A stretch of DNA of 29,673 nt from a virus (IMGVR_UViG_3300020042_005675:1-29673); one strand, 5' to 3'; counted from the first letter of the stretch, positions 14,648 to 24,957 are shown. Notes: generated by a model not told the origin, from the sequence alone. Numbers and translations are program-made.

Positions 14648-14673
14648 AAGGCGGCCCTGTGTCGCCTTTTTTT
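14648..14673 (+). terminator. Intrinsic terminator
   Basis: AAGGCGGC-CCTGT-GTCGCCTT followed by TTTTT. Confidence 0.85.
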
Positions 14674-14696
14674 CGTCTTAAAATCAAAGGAATAAC

Positions 14697-15323
14697 ATGG
14701 CAACACGCAAGCGTTCAGTAACTGAAGAAGAAATGATGACAGGTGCAAATATTGCAAAAGTTATTCGTCTTCTTGAACCTACAGAAGAAGGTAAAAAACC
14801 AATTACTAAAAAAGACGCTTGTGCTATGTTAGGTATGGCGTATAACACTACGCGTCTTGGTACTATTATTGAAGAATATAAACAAAAACAAGTGCGTATA
14901 TCACAGCGTAAGTCACAGCTACGTGGAAAGCCCGCAACACAAGAAGAAAAAGTTTATATTATCTCAGAGTACTTAAATGGCGAAACTGTGGATGCTATCT
15001 CAAAAATGACTTATCGTAGCAGTCGTTTTATTAAAGACATTCTAGAAGGTAACTCAGTACCAATTCGTGTACCTGGGTCAAGTTATTTTAATCCCGAACT
15101 TATTCCAGACGATGCAGTTCGTGAAAGATTCAAGATTGGCGAAGTAGTTTATAGTTCACGCTATGATTCTACTGCGCGCATTGATGCTGAGCAAAAAACA
15201 TCTAAACATGGTTTTGTATATCGTGTTTGGTTACTTGCAGAAAAATGGCAACAAAACGCTTATCAAGAAGCTGCTGAGTTAGCAAGCCTAGAGCACTTAA
15301 GACAAATGGGAGTTAGAATCTAA
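14697..15323 (+). CDS. D2: T5 D2-like protein
   Basis: TKKDACAMLG, EYLNG, YRS, IPDDAV, YRVWLL, QQN, ELASLEHL match T5 D2 as recalled. Confidence 0.8.
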   Translation: MATRKRSVTEEEMMTGANIAKVIRLLEPTEEGKKPITKKDACAMLGMAYNTTRLGTIIEEYKQKQVRISQRKSQLRGKPATQEEKVYIISEYLNGETVDAISKMTYRSSRFIKDILEGNSVPIRVPGSSYFNPELIPDDAVRERFKIGEVVYSSRYDSTARIDAEQKTSKHGFVYRVWLLAEKWQQNAYQEAAELASLEHLRQMGVRI

Positions 15324-15610
15324 TGGAAACTGCTGTTCTTTATGAACGCTTAATTGAAGAAAACATGGAAAAAGGTTTTCAAGTTAAGTTAGTAGTCAAC
15401 GAATTTCGTGATGTAATTTATATTCATTTACGAAAATACTTCCTTAGTTACGAAGGTGACTGGGTCCCTAGTCGCGAAGGTATATCAATCCCCGCTTCTA
15501 TTGAAAATATTCACTCCCTACTCTATGGACTTTTTGACGTTTGTGCTAAAGCCGAAGGCAAAGAAGTTATTGAATACTTCTCAGACAAGATAAAAGAAAA
15601 ACAAACTTGA
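15323..15610 (+). CDS. PC4/p15-like ssDNA-binding protein
   Basis: VNEFRDVIYIHLRKYF..W.P...GISI; same position as in T5. Confidence 0.8.
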   Translation: METAVLYERLIEENMEKGFQVKLVVNEFRDVIYIHLRKYFLSYEGDWVPSREGISIPASIENIHSLLYGLFDVCAKAEGKEVIEYFSDKIKEKQT

Positions 15611-15635
15611 ATCGCTTAGTTTAAAATGTTATAAT
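15607..15635 (+). promoter_or_regulatory. Promoter TTGAAT-17-TATAAT for ligA
   Basis: -35 contains the upstream TGA stop; -10 ends 7 nt before the ATG. Confidence 0.8.
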
Positions 15636-15642
15636 AATACTT

Positions 15643-16599
15643 ATGAACAAACTTGAACAATATTTAAATCTAGCATCGCGAGCCTACTATAGTGGTTCTC
15701 CGATCATTGGTGACGACCAGTTCGATAGGCTTGCAGAGTCTATTGGATATAATGCTGTTGGTGCTAAGCAGCACGGCAATGTCGAGCGTCATGTTTATCA
15801 AATGTATTCACTACAAAAGTATTATGAAGACGAAGATCAAAAACGTCCTTTGGATGGTATTAGTGACATTGTTACTACTGCCAAGCTCGATGGTGCTGCT
15901 ATTAGCTTACTGTATGTGGATGGCACGCTTGTACGTGCGTTAACTCGTGGCGATGGTACTGAAGGTCAGCTTATCACAGACAAAATTCTTAGTCATACTG
16001 GATTAGTTCCACACACAATTCCTATTTCAGGAATTTATCAAGTTACTGGTGAGATTGTTGCTCCAAGTTATATTGAAAATGCTCGTAATTATGCAGCAGG
16101 TTCACTTAACCTAAAAGATTCAACAGAGTTTAGTACACGTGCAGTAAGTTTCTTTGCTTATGGTGCTCAACCTAGTGTTACTACAACTTATCGTAAAGAA
16201 CTAGATGTACTAAAGCAGTATGGTTTTAATGTAATCAACGAACCTGACTTAGACAAAGTATATCCTTGCGATGGACTTGTGTTTCGTGTAAATGATACAC
16301 AAGTATTTCAAGACTTAGGTTATACTGCCAAGCATCCTCGTGGTGCATATGCTAAAAAAGAACGACAAGCCCATGTTGAAACTACCCTCCTAGCAGTTGA
16401 ATGGCAAGTAGGTAAAAGCGGTAAAGTTACCCCAGTTGCAATTCTTGAGCCTGTTTATATTGGCGATGCTCTAGTCAGTAGGGCTACACTTAATAATCCT
16501 GGTTTTATTGAAATGCTGGATCTTCAAATCGGAGACAGGGTAGCAGTAATTAGATCGGGTGAAATTATCCCTTGCATACTACATAAGGTAGACGCGTGA
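15643..16599 (+). CDS. ligA: NAD-dependent DNA ligase subunit A
   Basis: YY.G.P.I.D..FD, MYSL, KLDG, TRGDG, NARN.AAGSL, DG, WQVGKSG, RSGEIIP. Confidence 0.95.
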   Translation: MNKLEQYLNLASRAYYSGSPIIGDDQFDRLAESIGYNAVGAKQHGNVERHVYQMYSLQKYYEDEDQKRPLDGISDIVTTAKLDGAAISLLYVDGTLVRALTRGDGTEGQLITDKILSHTGLVPHTIPISGIYQVTGEIVAPSYIENARNYAAGSLNLKDSTEFSTRAVSFFAYGAQPSVTTTYRKELDVLKQYGFNVINEPDLDKVYPCDGLVFRVNDTQVFQDLGYTAKHPRGAYAKKERQAHVETTLLAVEWQVGKSGKVTPVAILEPVYIGDALVSRATLNNPGFIEMLDLQIGDRVAVIRSGEIIPCILHKVDA

Positions 16600-16630
16600 A
16601 TTTTTGGCTTAGGGCAAGAGAAATTTTCAC

Positions 16631-16659
16631 TTGTCATAAGCAACTTAATCTAGTATAAT
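16631..16659 (+). promoter_or_regulatory. Promoter TTGTCA-17-TATAAT for ligB
   Basis: Consensus match between the two ligase genes. Confidence 0.8.
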
Positions 16660-16684
16660 AGATACTTAAATTGATAAATAAACT

Positions 16685-17446
16685 ATGAGAATCGAAATAC
16701 CAACCGAATGCCCTTGTTGCAATTATACTTTAGAACTGGTCAACGATCAGCTCTTCTGTAGAAACACAGCTTGCAGTGCTCAGTTAAATAAAAAGCTCGA
16801 ACACTTTTGTAAGACGCTTGGAATTAAAGGTATGGGTTCTCGCACAGTGGAAAAGCTTGGTCTATCAGATATTACTGAATTGTTTTATCTCGATGCAGAA
16901 CAAGTTGTTGAATCACTAGGTAGTGAAAAAGTAGCATTAAAACTGTTAGATGAAATTGAACGCAGTAAATCTGCGGACTTAGCTACAGTTATTGTAAGTT
17001 TTTCAATTCCGTTGGTTGGTTCAACAGCAAGTAAGAAATTGTGTGAAGTAGTTACATCTGTAGACGAGATCAGTTACACTACTTGCAAGCAAGCTGGACT
17101 TGGTGACAAAGTTACTCAAAACTTAGTTGCTTGGCTTGAGACTGATTTCCAAGAGATGAGAGAGTTTTTGCCTTTCTCGTTTAAATCTCAAAAGAATTCC
17201 AGTACAAATAGCAATCAAAAAACTATTTGTATCACAGGAAAATTATCTTCTTATAAAACTAAATCAGAAGCCTACAAATCATTAGAAGAGGCAGGCTACA
17301 CTCCAGTAGAATCTGTAACTAAGGCTACAGATTATTTAGTTGATGAAGAAGATAAGGGTAGTACAAAACGCAAAAAAGCCGAGTCTCTCGGTATTACAAT
17401 TATCACAAACTTAAATAATTTCTTGAAAGAAATAAAAAATGACTGA
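16685..17446 (+). CDS. ligB: NAD-dependent DNA ligase subunit B
   Basis: CPCC..C..C zinc finger, HhH repeats, BRCT (CITGKL, SVTKATDYLV, KAESLGI). Confidence 0.92.
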   Translation: MRIEIPTECPCCNYTLELVNDQLFCRNTACSAQLNKKLEHFCKTLGIKGMGSRTVEKLGLSDITELFYLDAEQVVESLGSEKVALKLLDEIERSKSADLATVIVSFSIPLVGSTASKKLCEVVTSVDEISYTTCKQAGLGDKVTQNLVAWLETDFQEMREFLPFSFKSQKNSSTNSNQKTICITGKLSSYKTKSEAYKSLEEAGYTPVESVTKATDYLVDEEDKGSTKRKKAESLGITIITNLNNFLKEIKND

Positions 17447-18185
17447 AAAAACAAAAAAATGGTCTGACGACGCAGTTGCACAATTAACTAACATGGTAGG
17501 CGGACAGTCTCCAGTTACAGTTGATGCAGTTGAGCGGGCAGCCGAAACATTGGGTTTTACAACTCGCTCTGTTGCTTCTAAGCTCCGCCAAATGGACTAT
17601 GAAGTTGCTTCAATGGCTAAAGAAAAAGTTAGCGCATTTACTCCTGAGCAAAGCGCTGACTTGTCAGACTTTGTTGTAAACAACACTGGTGCTTTAACAT
17701 ACAAAGAAATTGCCGAAGCATTTGCTGGTGGTAGTTTTTCTGCAAAACAAATTCAAGGTAAGTTGCTTGCTTTGGAATTGACAGGTGCTGTTAAGCCTGC
17801 TGAAAAAGTTGAAGTAGCTCGTACATACACTGAAGCTGAAGAGTCTAGGTTTATTGCTATGGCTGATGCAGGTAGCTTTATCGAAGATATTGCCAGTGCA
17901 TTGAACAAGACAGTTGCTTCTGTACGTGGCAAGGCTTTGAGTCTGACACGCAAAGGTCAAATTGCTAAGATTCCCGCACAGCGTGTTTCTCATGCAAAAG
18001 AGACAATTGATCCTGTTACCGCTTTGGGTGCTTCGATCACTGGTATGACTGTTGCTGACATTGCTAAAGCTGTTGATAAGACAGAACGCGGTCTTCGCAC
18101 ATTGTTAACACGTCGTGGCATCAAAGTCGCTGACTATGACGGTGCTGCTAAGAAAGCCAAAGCAGAAGCCAAAGCTGCTGCTTAA
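17439..18185 (+). CDS. D5: T5 D5-like DNA-binding protein
   Basis: Repeated HTH-like units (RSVASKLR, QIQGKLL.LE, SVRGKALSL, GLRTLLTRRG); synteny with T5. Confidence 0.85.
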   Translation: MTEKTKKWSDDAVAQLTNMVGGQSPVTVDAVERAAETLGFTTRSVASKLRQMDYEVASMAKEKVSAFTPEQSADLSDFVVNNTGALTYKEIAEAFAGGSFSAKQIQGKLLALELTGAVKPAEKVEVARTYTEAEESRFIAMADAGSFIEDIASALNKTVASVRGKALSLTRKGQIAKIPAQRVSHAKETIDPVTALGASITGMTVADIAKAVDKTERGLRTLLTRRGIKVADYDGAAKKAKAEAKAAA

Positions 18186-18204
18186 TTTAGTTTTATAAAC
18201 GATT

Positions 18205-18238
18205 GGTCGGGAGTTGTTAAAAGCTCCCGACCTTTTTT
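18205..18238 (+). terminator. Intrinsic terminator
   Basis: GGTCGGGAG / CTCCCGACC followed by TTTTTT. Confidence 0.88.
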
Positions 18239-18255
18239 ACTTTAGCGAGTCGAAA

Positions 18256-18555
18256 ATGAAAGTTACACTTACATATCATGACAACGATTCCTTTACAGTA
18301 GAAGAAGTTGTCAAACAAGCCGTTCATAACTACGGCAAAGCTATACAAATAGAAATTATGCCTGAATCAACACTAGCATATGATCATATCTATTTTGGCT
18401 TACAACAATTAATTACGCATGAGCAGTTGAGTCTACTGTTTGATAAAGATACTGCTTATCAAAAAGATATTAGAAAATTAAGAGAGTCTGTTCTCTATAA
18501 AGTTACAGAAATTATTGACCAAGTTATTATAGATAACGAATCGAAAGTAGGGTAA
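18256..18555 (+). CDS. Phage hypothetical protein
   Basis: Likely start MKVTL after the terminator. Confidence 0.7.
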   Translation: MKVTLTYHDNDSFTVEEVVKQAVHNYGKAIQIEIMPESTLAYDHIYFGLQQLITHEQLSLLFDKDTAYQKDIRKLRESVLYKVTEIIDQVIIDNESKVG

Positions 18556-18557
18556 TC

Positions 18558-19946
18558 TTGGATACATCCGCAGTAGTCTTAAATAAATTACTAACTGAGA
18601 GAAACCTAGATATCTGGGCTAAACTTAAATTAGTATTTCTAGACGCTGCATACTCTTCCTTGTATGGTGCTATAAATAAGTATTACGAGAAATACAGTGC
18701 CATTCCGTCGTTTGACGATCTTGAGCTAACCCTAAGGGAGGGTTCGGCGTCTAAAACGTTAGCAACCCTTCGGTTAACCGAGGTTCCTGATGTTTCAGCT
18801 GAAGTAGCGCTTGATGCGCTAATAGATCAGTATACACAAAATGAAACGGTAAAATTATTAGACAAATTTGTAGACAAGCTACCTCTTTACGATTCCGACG
18901 AAATAAAAGACAATTTAGCAAATATTGCACTAACAATTGAAGAAAAGACTCACACTAGTGAGAAAGTATTTACAATGGCTGACATGATGATGTTCCGTCA
19001 TCCTGAAGATTTGGAGAAAGAACGTGTTTATTTGGGTCTTAATAATACTTTTGACGCTGTGCTTGGTGGCGTGGCTCGACAGGAACTCATCCTCATCGGA
19101 GGAAAGCGTGGATCTGGCAAATCTATTACTAGTAGTAATATCTTTGTTAATCAGTATGAATCTGGTAATAGCAGCATTTACTTCTCAATAGAAATGACTG
19201 CACAAGAAACTATGGAACGCAACTTAGCTATTTTAGCTAATGTGAACCTACAAAACTTAAAACAACACAAATTAACAGACGATGAAGTTCTTAAAGTAGT
19301 AAAAGCTAGAGCAGGAATGTTCCAAGACTCTGATACTACTGTTACAGAATTTATGCGTCATAGAGACAGATTTAAATTCGAAGAAAACTTAGTACGAAAT
19401 CATCTACTTAAAGTAGACAATCAAATGATTATTGTTGATGACCGAGACTTGACCCTAAGCTCAATCGACTTGCATATTGGCAAAGCCAAAGCAAAGTTTG
19501 GTGATAAGCTGAAAGTTGTAGTAGTTGACTACCTTAATCAAATTGTACTAGAAGGTACAGATCAATACGACTGGAAACCACAAATTGAAATATCGAAAAA
19601 GCTTAAGAACCTCGCTCGTAAATATGAGATCGTTCTTGTATCTCCGTACCAGATCGATGCCACAGGTGAGGCTAGATTTGCCAAAGGCATCCTGGATGCG
19701 TCGGATATTGCCCTTACAATGGAAGCGCACGACAAGGAGACTAATGCTATCTCGTTCGAAACAACTAAAATTAGGGGCGGGAAGGAAATGGCATTTACGT
19801 GCCCGATTGACTGGGACACTTTACGCATTAGCCCACAATCAGTGGATAAACCAGCCGCTAAGGAAGTTGTTAAGAAAGCGGGGAAGAAAGCACATACCAC
19901 TGATCTAAAACAAAACGACACAGCATCTGACTTACCATGGAACTAA
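18558..19946 (+). CDS. DnaB-like replicative helicase (T5 D6-like), TTG start
   Basis: Walker A GKRGSGKS, YFSIEM, VVVDYLN, SPYQ. Confidence 0.92.
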   Translation: MDTSAVVLNKLLTERNLDIWAKLKLVFLDAAYSSLYGAINKYYEKYSAIPSFDDLELTLREGSASKTLATLRLTEVPDVSAEVALDALIDQYTQNETVKLLDKFVDKLPLYDSDEIKDNLANIALTIEEKTHTSEKVFTMADMMMFRHPEDLEKERVYLGLNNTFDAVLGGVARQELILIGGKRGSGKSITSSNIFVNQYESGNSSIYFSIEMTAQETMERNLAILANVNLQNLKQHKLTDDEVLKVVKARAGMFQDSDTTVTEFMRHRDRFKFEENLVRNHLLKVDNQMIIVDDRDLTLSSIDLHIGKAKAKFGDKLKVVVVDYLNQIVLEGTDQYDWKPQIEISKKLKNLARKYEIVLVSPYQIDATGEARFAKGILDASDIALTMEAHDKETNAISFETTKIRGGKEMAFTCPIDWDTLRISPQSVDKPAAKEVVKKAGKKAHTTDLKQNDTASDLPWN

Positions 19947-19947
19947 A

Positions 19948-20802
19948 ATGAGCGATCCAGTACTAGAACTAATCAACAAAAATGGGCTAGCATTTAGTGT
20001 GTCAGGTCGCGACTACCTAATTAAATGCCTAAACCCAGATCACGAGGATTCCAATCCAAGTTTTCGGGTAGATCGTGTTACTGGTGTTGCTCATTGCTTC
20101 AGTTGCGGCTTTAAAACTAATTTATTCAAATATTATGGGGTTTTTACTAATCCTGTACCTATGAAAATTGCGGCTCTCAAGGAAAAACTGAATGAACTAA
20201 AAACGAGTCACATCGGGCTTGAGCTACCTAGTGGTCATACCCCTTACTTGAAGCAGTTCCGTGGAGTGAGTCCTCAAACGTTAAAATACTTTGGGGCTTT
20301 TTACACAAACATAGTTGAAAAACTACAGGACAGAATTATTTTTCCTGTTAAAGATATTACTGGTAAAATAGTAGTATTTGTTGGCAGGCATACCCTGTCT
20401 AATGGAAATCCTAGATATATTAACTACCCTAGTGGTGTTACTATGCCTGTGTTTCCTGCACATCTCCCTAGTGGTTATCAGTCAATGGTAATTGTAGAAG
20501 GTGTGTTTGATATGTTAAATCTTTATGACAAAGGTTTAGAAAACGTAGTGTGTGCTTTTGGCACAAACACTTTACAAAATGACACAAAACAAAAATTATT
20601 GCCGTTTAAAGCACAAGGTATTACTCATATATATCTTTTATTTGATGGTGACGAGGCAGGCGATAAAGCTGCCAAAGCATTAAAACCCCTAATCCAAGCT
20701 GAGAATTTTATTGTTGAGATTGTTAAATTGCCTGATGGAAGTGACCCAGGTGAACTATCACAAGACGATGTAAATTCAATTGCAGAATATATAACAAAAT
20801 AG
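19948..20802 (+). CDS. DNA primase
   Basis: CLNPDH..C..C zinc-binding domain; TOPRIM VEGVFD and FDGDEAG. Confidence 0.92.
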   Translation: MSDPVLELINKNGLAFSVSGRDYLIKCLNPDHEDSNPSFRVDRVTGVAHCFSCGFKTNLFKYYGVFTNPVPMKIAALKEKLNELKTSHIGLELPSGHTPYLKQFRGVSPQTLKYFGAFYTNIVEKLQDRIIFPVKDITGKIVVFVGRHTLSNGNPRYINYPSGVTMPVFPAHLPSGYQSMVIVEGVFDMLNLYDKGLENVVCAFGTNTLQNDTKQKLLPFKAQGITHIYLLFDGDEAGDKAAKALKPLIQAENFIVEIVKLPDGSDPGELSQDDVNSIAEYITK

Positions 20803-20829
20803 CCTAAATACGCTATAAGAAAGTATTAA

Positions 20830-23118
20830 ATGAAAATTGCATTAATTGATAAAGCCCCTAATCGTACTCGGTATAAAGAGTATTTTAACTTTGATTTCGA
20901 TCACTATCATATGAGTTCGATTCCTATTACTAAACTACTTAAAAAAGATGTAGATTTAGAAATAGATTTAAGCCCATATAACTACGTTATTCTTATAGGT
21001 GCAGAAGCTGCCAAAGAGTACGCTAAAATTACTTCAGTAACTAATATGGCTGGTCAATTAGTTGCAGATAAATTTATTGCTATTTCAAATCCTGCAATGC
21101 TGGCTTTTAAACCAGAAGGTAAACCTGACTTTCAACGTGCCTGTGATCGTATTCATAAATATGTAGAAGGCACATTACGTTCTGCAACCGAAGGCGATTT
21201 TAAAGGTATTAATAATCCAGATGAAGCCTATGAGTTTTTAACCGAAGTTCTTGAAAATGCCCAAGGCTATGTAGCCATAGACACAGAAACAACAGGACTA
21301 TATCCACGTGATGGGTATGTGCTTGGTGTCTCTATTAGTTATAAATCTAAGCATGGTCGTTACATATTGTGTGATGCTATGGATGAAAACTCTGTAGAGT
21401 TATTGCAGAAAATTTGCGATACTTTTACTATTGTTTTCCATAACATGAAATTTGACTATAAAATGTTATCTTATCATTTAGGATTAACATTTAATCGTAA
21501 AAAAGTTCATGATACAATGGTTATGCACTATGTATTAGATGAAACTGATTCACACGGCTTAAAGGCACTTGCACTTAAGTATACAGATTATGGAGATTAC
21601 GACAGTGAATTGGACGACTTTAAGAAATCGTATTGTGCCCAAAACGGCATTTTACAAGATGACTTTACTTACGATCTAATTCCATTTGATACTATTAGTC
21701 GTTATGCTAGTATTGATACTGCTGTAACCTACGACTTATTCATGAAATTTTGGCCTATCGTACAAGCCAATGATAAATTGCGATATGTATACGAAACTAT
21801 TTTAGTTCCTGGCACATTATTTTTAATGGATATGGAAGAAGTAGGAATTCCTATTAGTCAAGAAAGAATGGCTGCTGCTAATCTGTATCTTGATGAACAA
21901 ATTGCAAAAGCTAAAGAGGTGGTGTATGGTTTTGAAGAAGTTAAGCGCTTTGAGCAAGATACTGGAAAGATCTTTAATCCCAATAGTGTTATGCAGTTAC
22001 GGGTTGTTCTTTTTGACTATCTTGGTTTATCCCCCACTGGAAAGAAAACTGCTACAGGTGCAATCTCAACAGATGCAGAGGTACTTGAACAGTTGTCAGA
22101 GGAGCACCCACTCCCTGCGGCAATTTTAAAAGTACGACAACTTGGAAAGATACAAAATACCTATATTTCAAAGATTTTACCAGAGCTTGACCGTGATGGT
22201 CGCATACGTACAAATTTTAATCTTATATTTACTACTAGCGGTAGGCTTAGTAGTTCTGGGAAGTTCAACGCTCAGCAAATACCTCGCGACAATCCTATTA
22301 TCAAAGGTTGCATCAAGGCTCCAGCGGGTTTTAAGATCGTTTCGCAAGACTTAACTACAGCAGAGATGTATTATGCAGCTGTTTTAAGCGGCGACAAGAA
22401 ATTGCAAGAAGTGTTCTCTAGCGGAGGAGACTTCCACTCAACTATTGCTAAAATGGTATTTGATTTGCCCTGCGATGTTGAAGATGTAAAGAAAAAATAC
22501 GGCAATATGCGTCAGAGTGCTAAAGCTATTTCTTTTGGTATTTTGTATGGTTCAGGTGCTAACAAAGTATCTCAAACTGTATCAAAAGCCACTGGAGAAA
22601 ATTATCCAGTAGACAGGGCCAGAGATGATATTAAACAATATTTTAAGAAGTTTAGCAAACTTAAAAACTGGTTGGATACGCGCAAATCATTTATTGAACA
22701 AAATGGCTATACTTATAGTTATTTTGGCAGAAAGCGTCGTCTTCCTAATGTATTTTCTAGTGACAAGGGTATTGCGGCTCACGAAGTACGTAGCGGCATT
22801 AATGCTGAAGTCCAGTCTCTTGCTAGTGATGTTAATTTGCTTGGTGCTATGGGCACTGCTAACGATATTGTTAAGGCCAATATCAACGCTCAAATATTTA
22901 TGCTTGTACACGACTCGATTGTGGCATTGGTTAAAGAAGAACATGTAGAGCAATACTGTGAAATTTTAAAGCGTAACACACAACAAGATTGGGGCTGTGG
23001 TATTCCTGGATTCCCTATTGGCGTTGACCAAGACGTTGGTGAAGACTATAGCTTTGGCTCATGGGAGGAGTACTATGAAACTACAGGAAATAGTATTTCC
23101 CGTATTCAGGTTGGGTGA
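20830..23118 (+). CDS. polA: Family A DNA polymerase with 3'-5' exonuclease
   Basis: DTETTG, HNMKFD, YASID, TSGRLSS, DLTTAE, RQSAKAISFGILYG, VHDS. Confidence 0.97.
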   Translation: MKIALIDKAPNRTRYKEYFNFDFDHYHMSSIPITKLLKKDVDLEIDLSPYNYVILIGAEAAKEYAKITSVTNMAGQLVADKFIAISNPAMLAFKPEGKPDFQRACDRIHKYVEGTLRSATEGDFKGINNPDEAYEFLTEVLENAQGYVAIDTETTGLYPRDGYVLGVSISYKSKHGRYILCDAMDENSVELLQKICDTFTIVFHNMKFDYKMLSYHLGLTFNRKKVHDTMVMHYVLDETDSHGLKALALKYTDYGDYDSELDDFKKSYCAQNGILQDDFTYDLIPFDTISRYASIDTAVTYDLFMKFWPIVQANDKLRYVYETILVPGTLFLMDMEEVGIPISQERMAAANLYLDEQIAKAKEVVYGFEEVKRFEQDTGKIFNPNSVMQLRVVLFDYLGLSPTGKKTATGAISTDAEVLEQLSEEHPLPAAILKVRQLGKIQNTYISKILPELDRDGRIRTNFNLIFTTSGRLSSSGKFNAQQIPRDNPIIKGCIKAPAGFKIVSQDLTTAEMYYAAVLSGDKKLQEVFSSGGDFHSTIAKMVFDLPCDVEDVKKKYGNMRQSAKAISFGILYGSGANKVSQTVSKATGENYPVDRARDDIKQYFKKFSKLKNWLDTRKSFIEQNGYTYSYFGRKRRLPNVFSSDKGIAAHEVRSGINAEVQSLASDVNLLGAMGTANDIVKANINAQIFMLVHDSIVALVKEEHVEQYCEILKRNTQQDWGCGIPGFPIGVDQDVGEDYSFGSWEEYYETTGNSISRIQVG

Positions 23119-23605
23119 AAAACAACCTGAAACAGATGGCAATATAGTGTATTATAAATCAGAATATAGTGATAAGGATACTGCTGAACATACAACAAAC
23201 TATAGGTTTGTAGACGATAAGTCAATAGATAAGCCTACTCTAGGCTTACGTAGACTCGCTTTACAAGGTAAAGCAACGTTGTTTCCTATAAGTTCAGCAG
23301 TATACTTTCTTGTAGATATTATTAAGTTGGCAAAATCAACAACGTGGTTTATTGATAGTCACGGACAGGTTTTTCAACATAAAAAAACTACACGCGCCAA
23401 GCTGACAACAAAGAAGATTACTAAAGTGTTACCTGCGGAGGGCATAGGTTGTGTATTAGAATTACAAGGTATAGCGCATAGATTTAAAACTATGATTCAG
23501 CCTCAAAGTTATCACCAATATGGTGGCGTTCTATACATGGATAATAGTTACTTATTTTACGGATACTACGAATATCCCCAGAAAGATACTTGGAGATTAG
23601 TATAG
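23075..23605 (+). CDS. T5-like hypothetical protein between pol and D10
   Basis: GGAGG SD before ATG 23075; overlaps the pol 3' end by 44 nt. Confidence 0.75.
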   Translation: MKLQEIVFPVFRLGEKQPETDGNIVYYKSEYSDKDTAEHTTNYRFVDDKSIDKPTLGLRRLALQGKATLFPISSAVYFLVDIIKLAKSTTWFIDSHGQVFQHKKTTRAKLTTKKITKVLPAEGIGCVLELQGIAHRFKTMIQPQSYHQYGGVLYMDNSYLFYGYYEYPQKDTWRLV

Positions 23606-24897
23606 TGGCAAAAGCAGTAATTAGTAACAGAATATATATTGATAATCCTGGTATAGAGCATACTAAACACGTAATTAAGTCTCTTACATACAAAATACAT
23701 AAAGACACTGGATCAAAAAAGTTTGCTAGTGTAGAAACAATTAAAAATTATAAGTCGTTAATCAAGGGTATTTTATCTATTCCTCAAGGTAGAACAGACT
23801 TAATTCCTAAAGATTACGAAATTATAGACAAACGAGTATTAGTACCAGTGCCTTTTCCCGACCCTAAGTTTGAGCTATATGAAGATCAACAAACAATCTA
23901 CAATGAAGTAAATGATACTTGCTTTATAAATGCTTTACCAGGTTGGGGCAAGACATTTACAGCACTACACTTAGCTAGAAAGTTTGGGCAGAAAACATTA
24001 GTTATCACGCATACAGCTGCATTGCGAGATCAATGGGTTGAAGAGATTGAGACTTTATTTGGTTGTGAGTGTGGTATTATTGGTGGAGGTAGTCTAGATC
24101 ATGAAGATCATTTTATTACAGTTGCCAATATTCAAACACTTGTAAAACATACCACTGAGTTAGCTAAAGAGTTTGGAACAGTTATCTTAGATGAGGCGCA
24201 TCATTGTCCCGCAACAACGTTTGCTACAACAGTTGATAGCTTTTATGCACGTTACAGAATTGCCCTTAGTGGTACAATGATCCGTAAAGATGGTAAGCAT
24301 ATATTATTTAAAGACTACTTCGGTACTGTAGTGTTAAAACCACCTGCGTCTAATACTATACCTCCTACAATTCACATGGTAAAAAGCGGTATTAAACTTA
24401 AAGCTAATGTTACTTGGGTAGATAAAATTACTGATCTTACTCAAGATGATAAGTATAGACAGTTTATTGCAGACATAGCTAAGATGCATATTGCCGAAGG
24501 GCATAGTGTTTTAGTTATTGCTGATAGAGTAGAATTCTTAGAAAAGGTAAAAGAATATGTTGGTGAAAAGTGTTTGTTGGTTACTGGGGCAACCAGTTTT
24601 GAAGATCGACAAAAAGCCAAGGCTCAAATCCTTGCCAAAGAAAAAATGTGCATTGCTGGAAGCAGGCAAATCTTTTCAGAAGGAATATCAATCAACATCC
24701 TTAGCTGCGTAATATTAGCAGTTCCAATGTCAAATGATAGCTTACTAGAACAAATTGCTGGTAGAATTATGCGAATGCATGAAGGCAAACTAGACCCAAT
24801 CATAGTAGACATTCAATTTGCTGGATACGCGGATAAAAAACAAAACACAGACAGGTTAGGGCTTTATCTACGCAAAGGCTGGAAAGTATTAGCCTAG
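23605..24897 (+). CDS. D10: SF2 helicase (T5 D10/UvsW-like)
   Basis: PGWGKT, DEAHH, LSGT, SEG, EQIAGRIMR; probable GTG start at 23605. Confidence 0.92.
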   Translation: MAKAVISNRIYIDNPGIEHTKHVIKSLTYKIHKDTGSKKFASVETIKNYKSLIKGILSIPQGRTDLIPKDYEIIDKRVLVPVPFPDPKFELYEDQQTIYNEVNDTCFINALPGWGKTFTALHLARKFGQKTLVITHTAALRDQWVEEIETLFGCECGIIGGGSLDHEDHFITVANIQTLVKHTTELAKEFGTVILDEAHHCPATTFATTVDSFYARYRIALSGTMIRKDGKHILFKDYFGTVVLKPPASNTIPPTIHMVKSGIKLKANVTWVDKITDLTQDDKYRQFIADIAKMHIAEGHSVLVIADRVEFLEKVKEYVGEKCLLVTGATSFEDRQKAKAQILAKEKMCIAGSRQIFSEGISINILSCVILAVPMSNDSLLEQIAGRIMRMHEGKLDPIIVDIQFAGYADKKQNTDRLGLYLRKGWKVLA

Positions 24898-24909
24898 ATA
24901 AAATTTCAC

Positions 24910-24938
24910 TTGTCAAATTGTATCCAAAATGGTATAAT
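24910..24938 (+). promoter_or_regulatory. Promoter TTGTCA-17-TATAAT
   Basis: Consensus match; shares the upstream TTTCACTTGTCA with the ligB promoter. Confidence 0.8.
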
Positions 24939-24957
24939 ATTTATTAAGTTTTAGTAT

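Noticed and set aside
15643-17446. Frameshifted ligase pseudogene or intron
   Set aside because: A split ligase is normal for T5-like phages, and the gap holds a clean promoter
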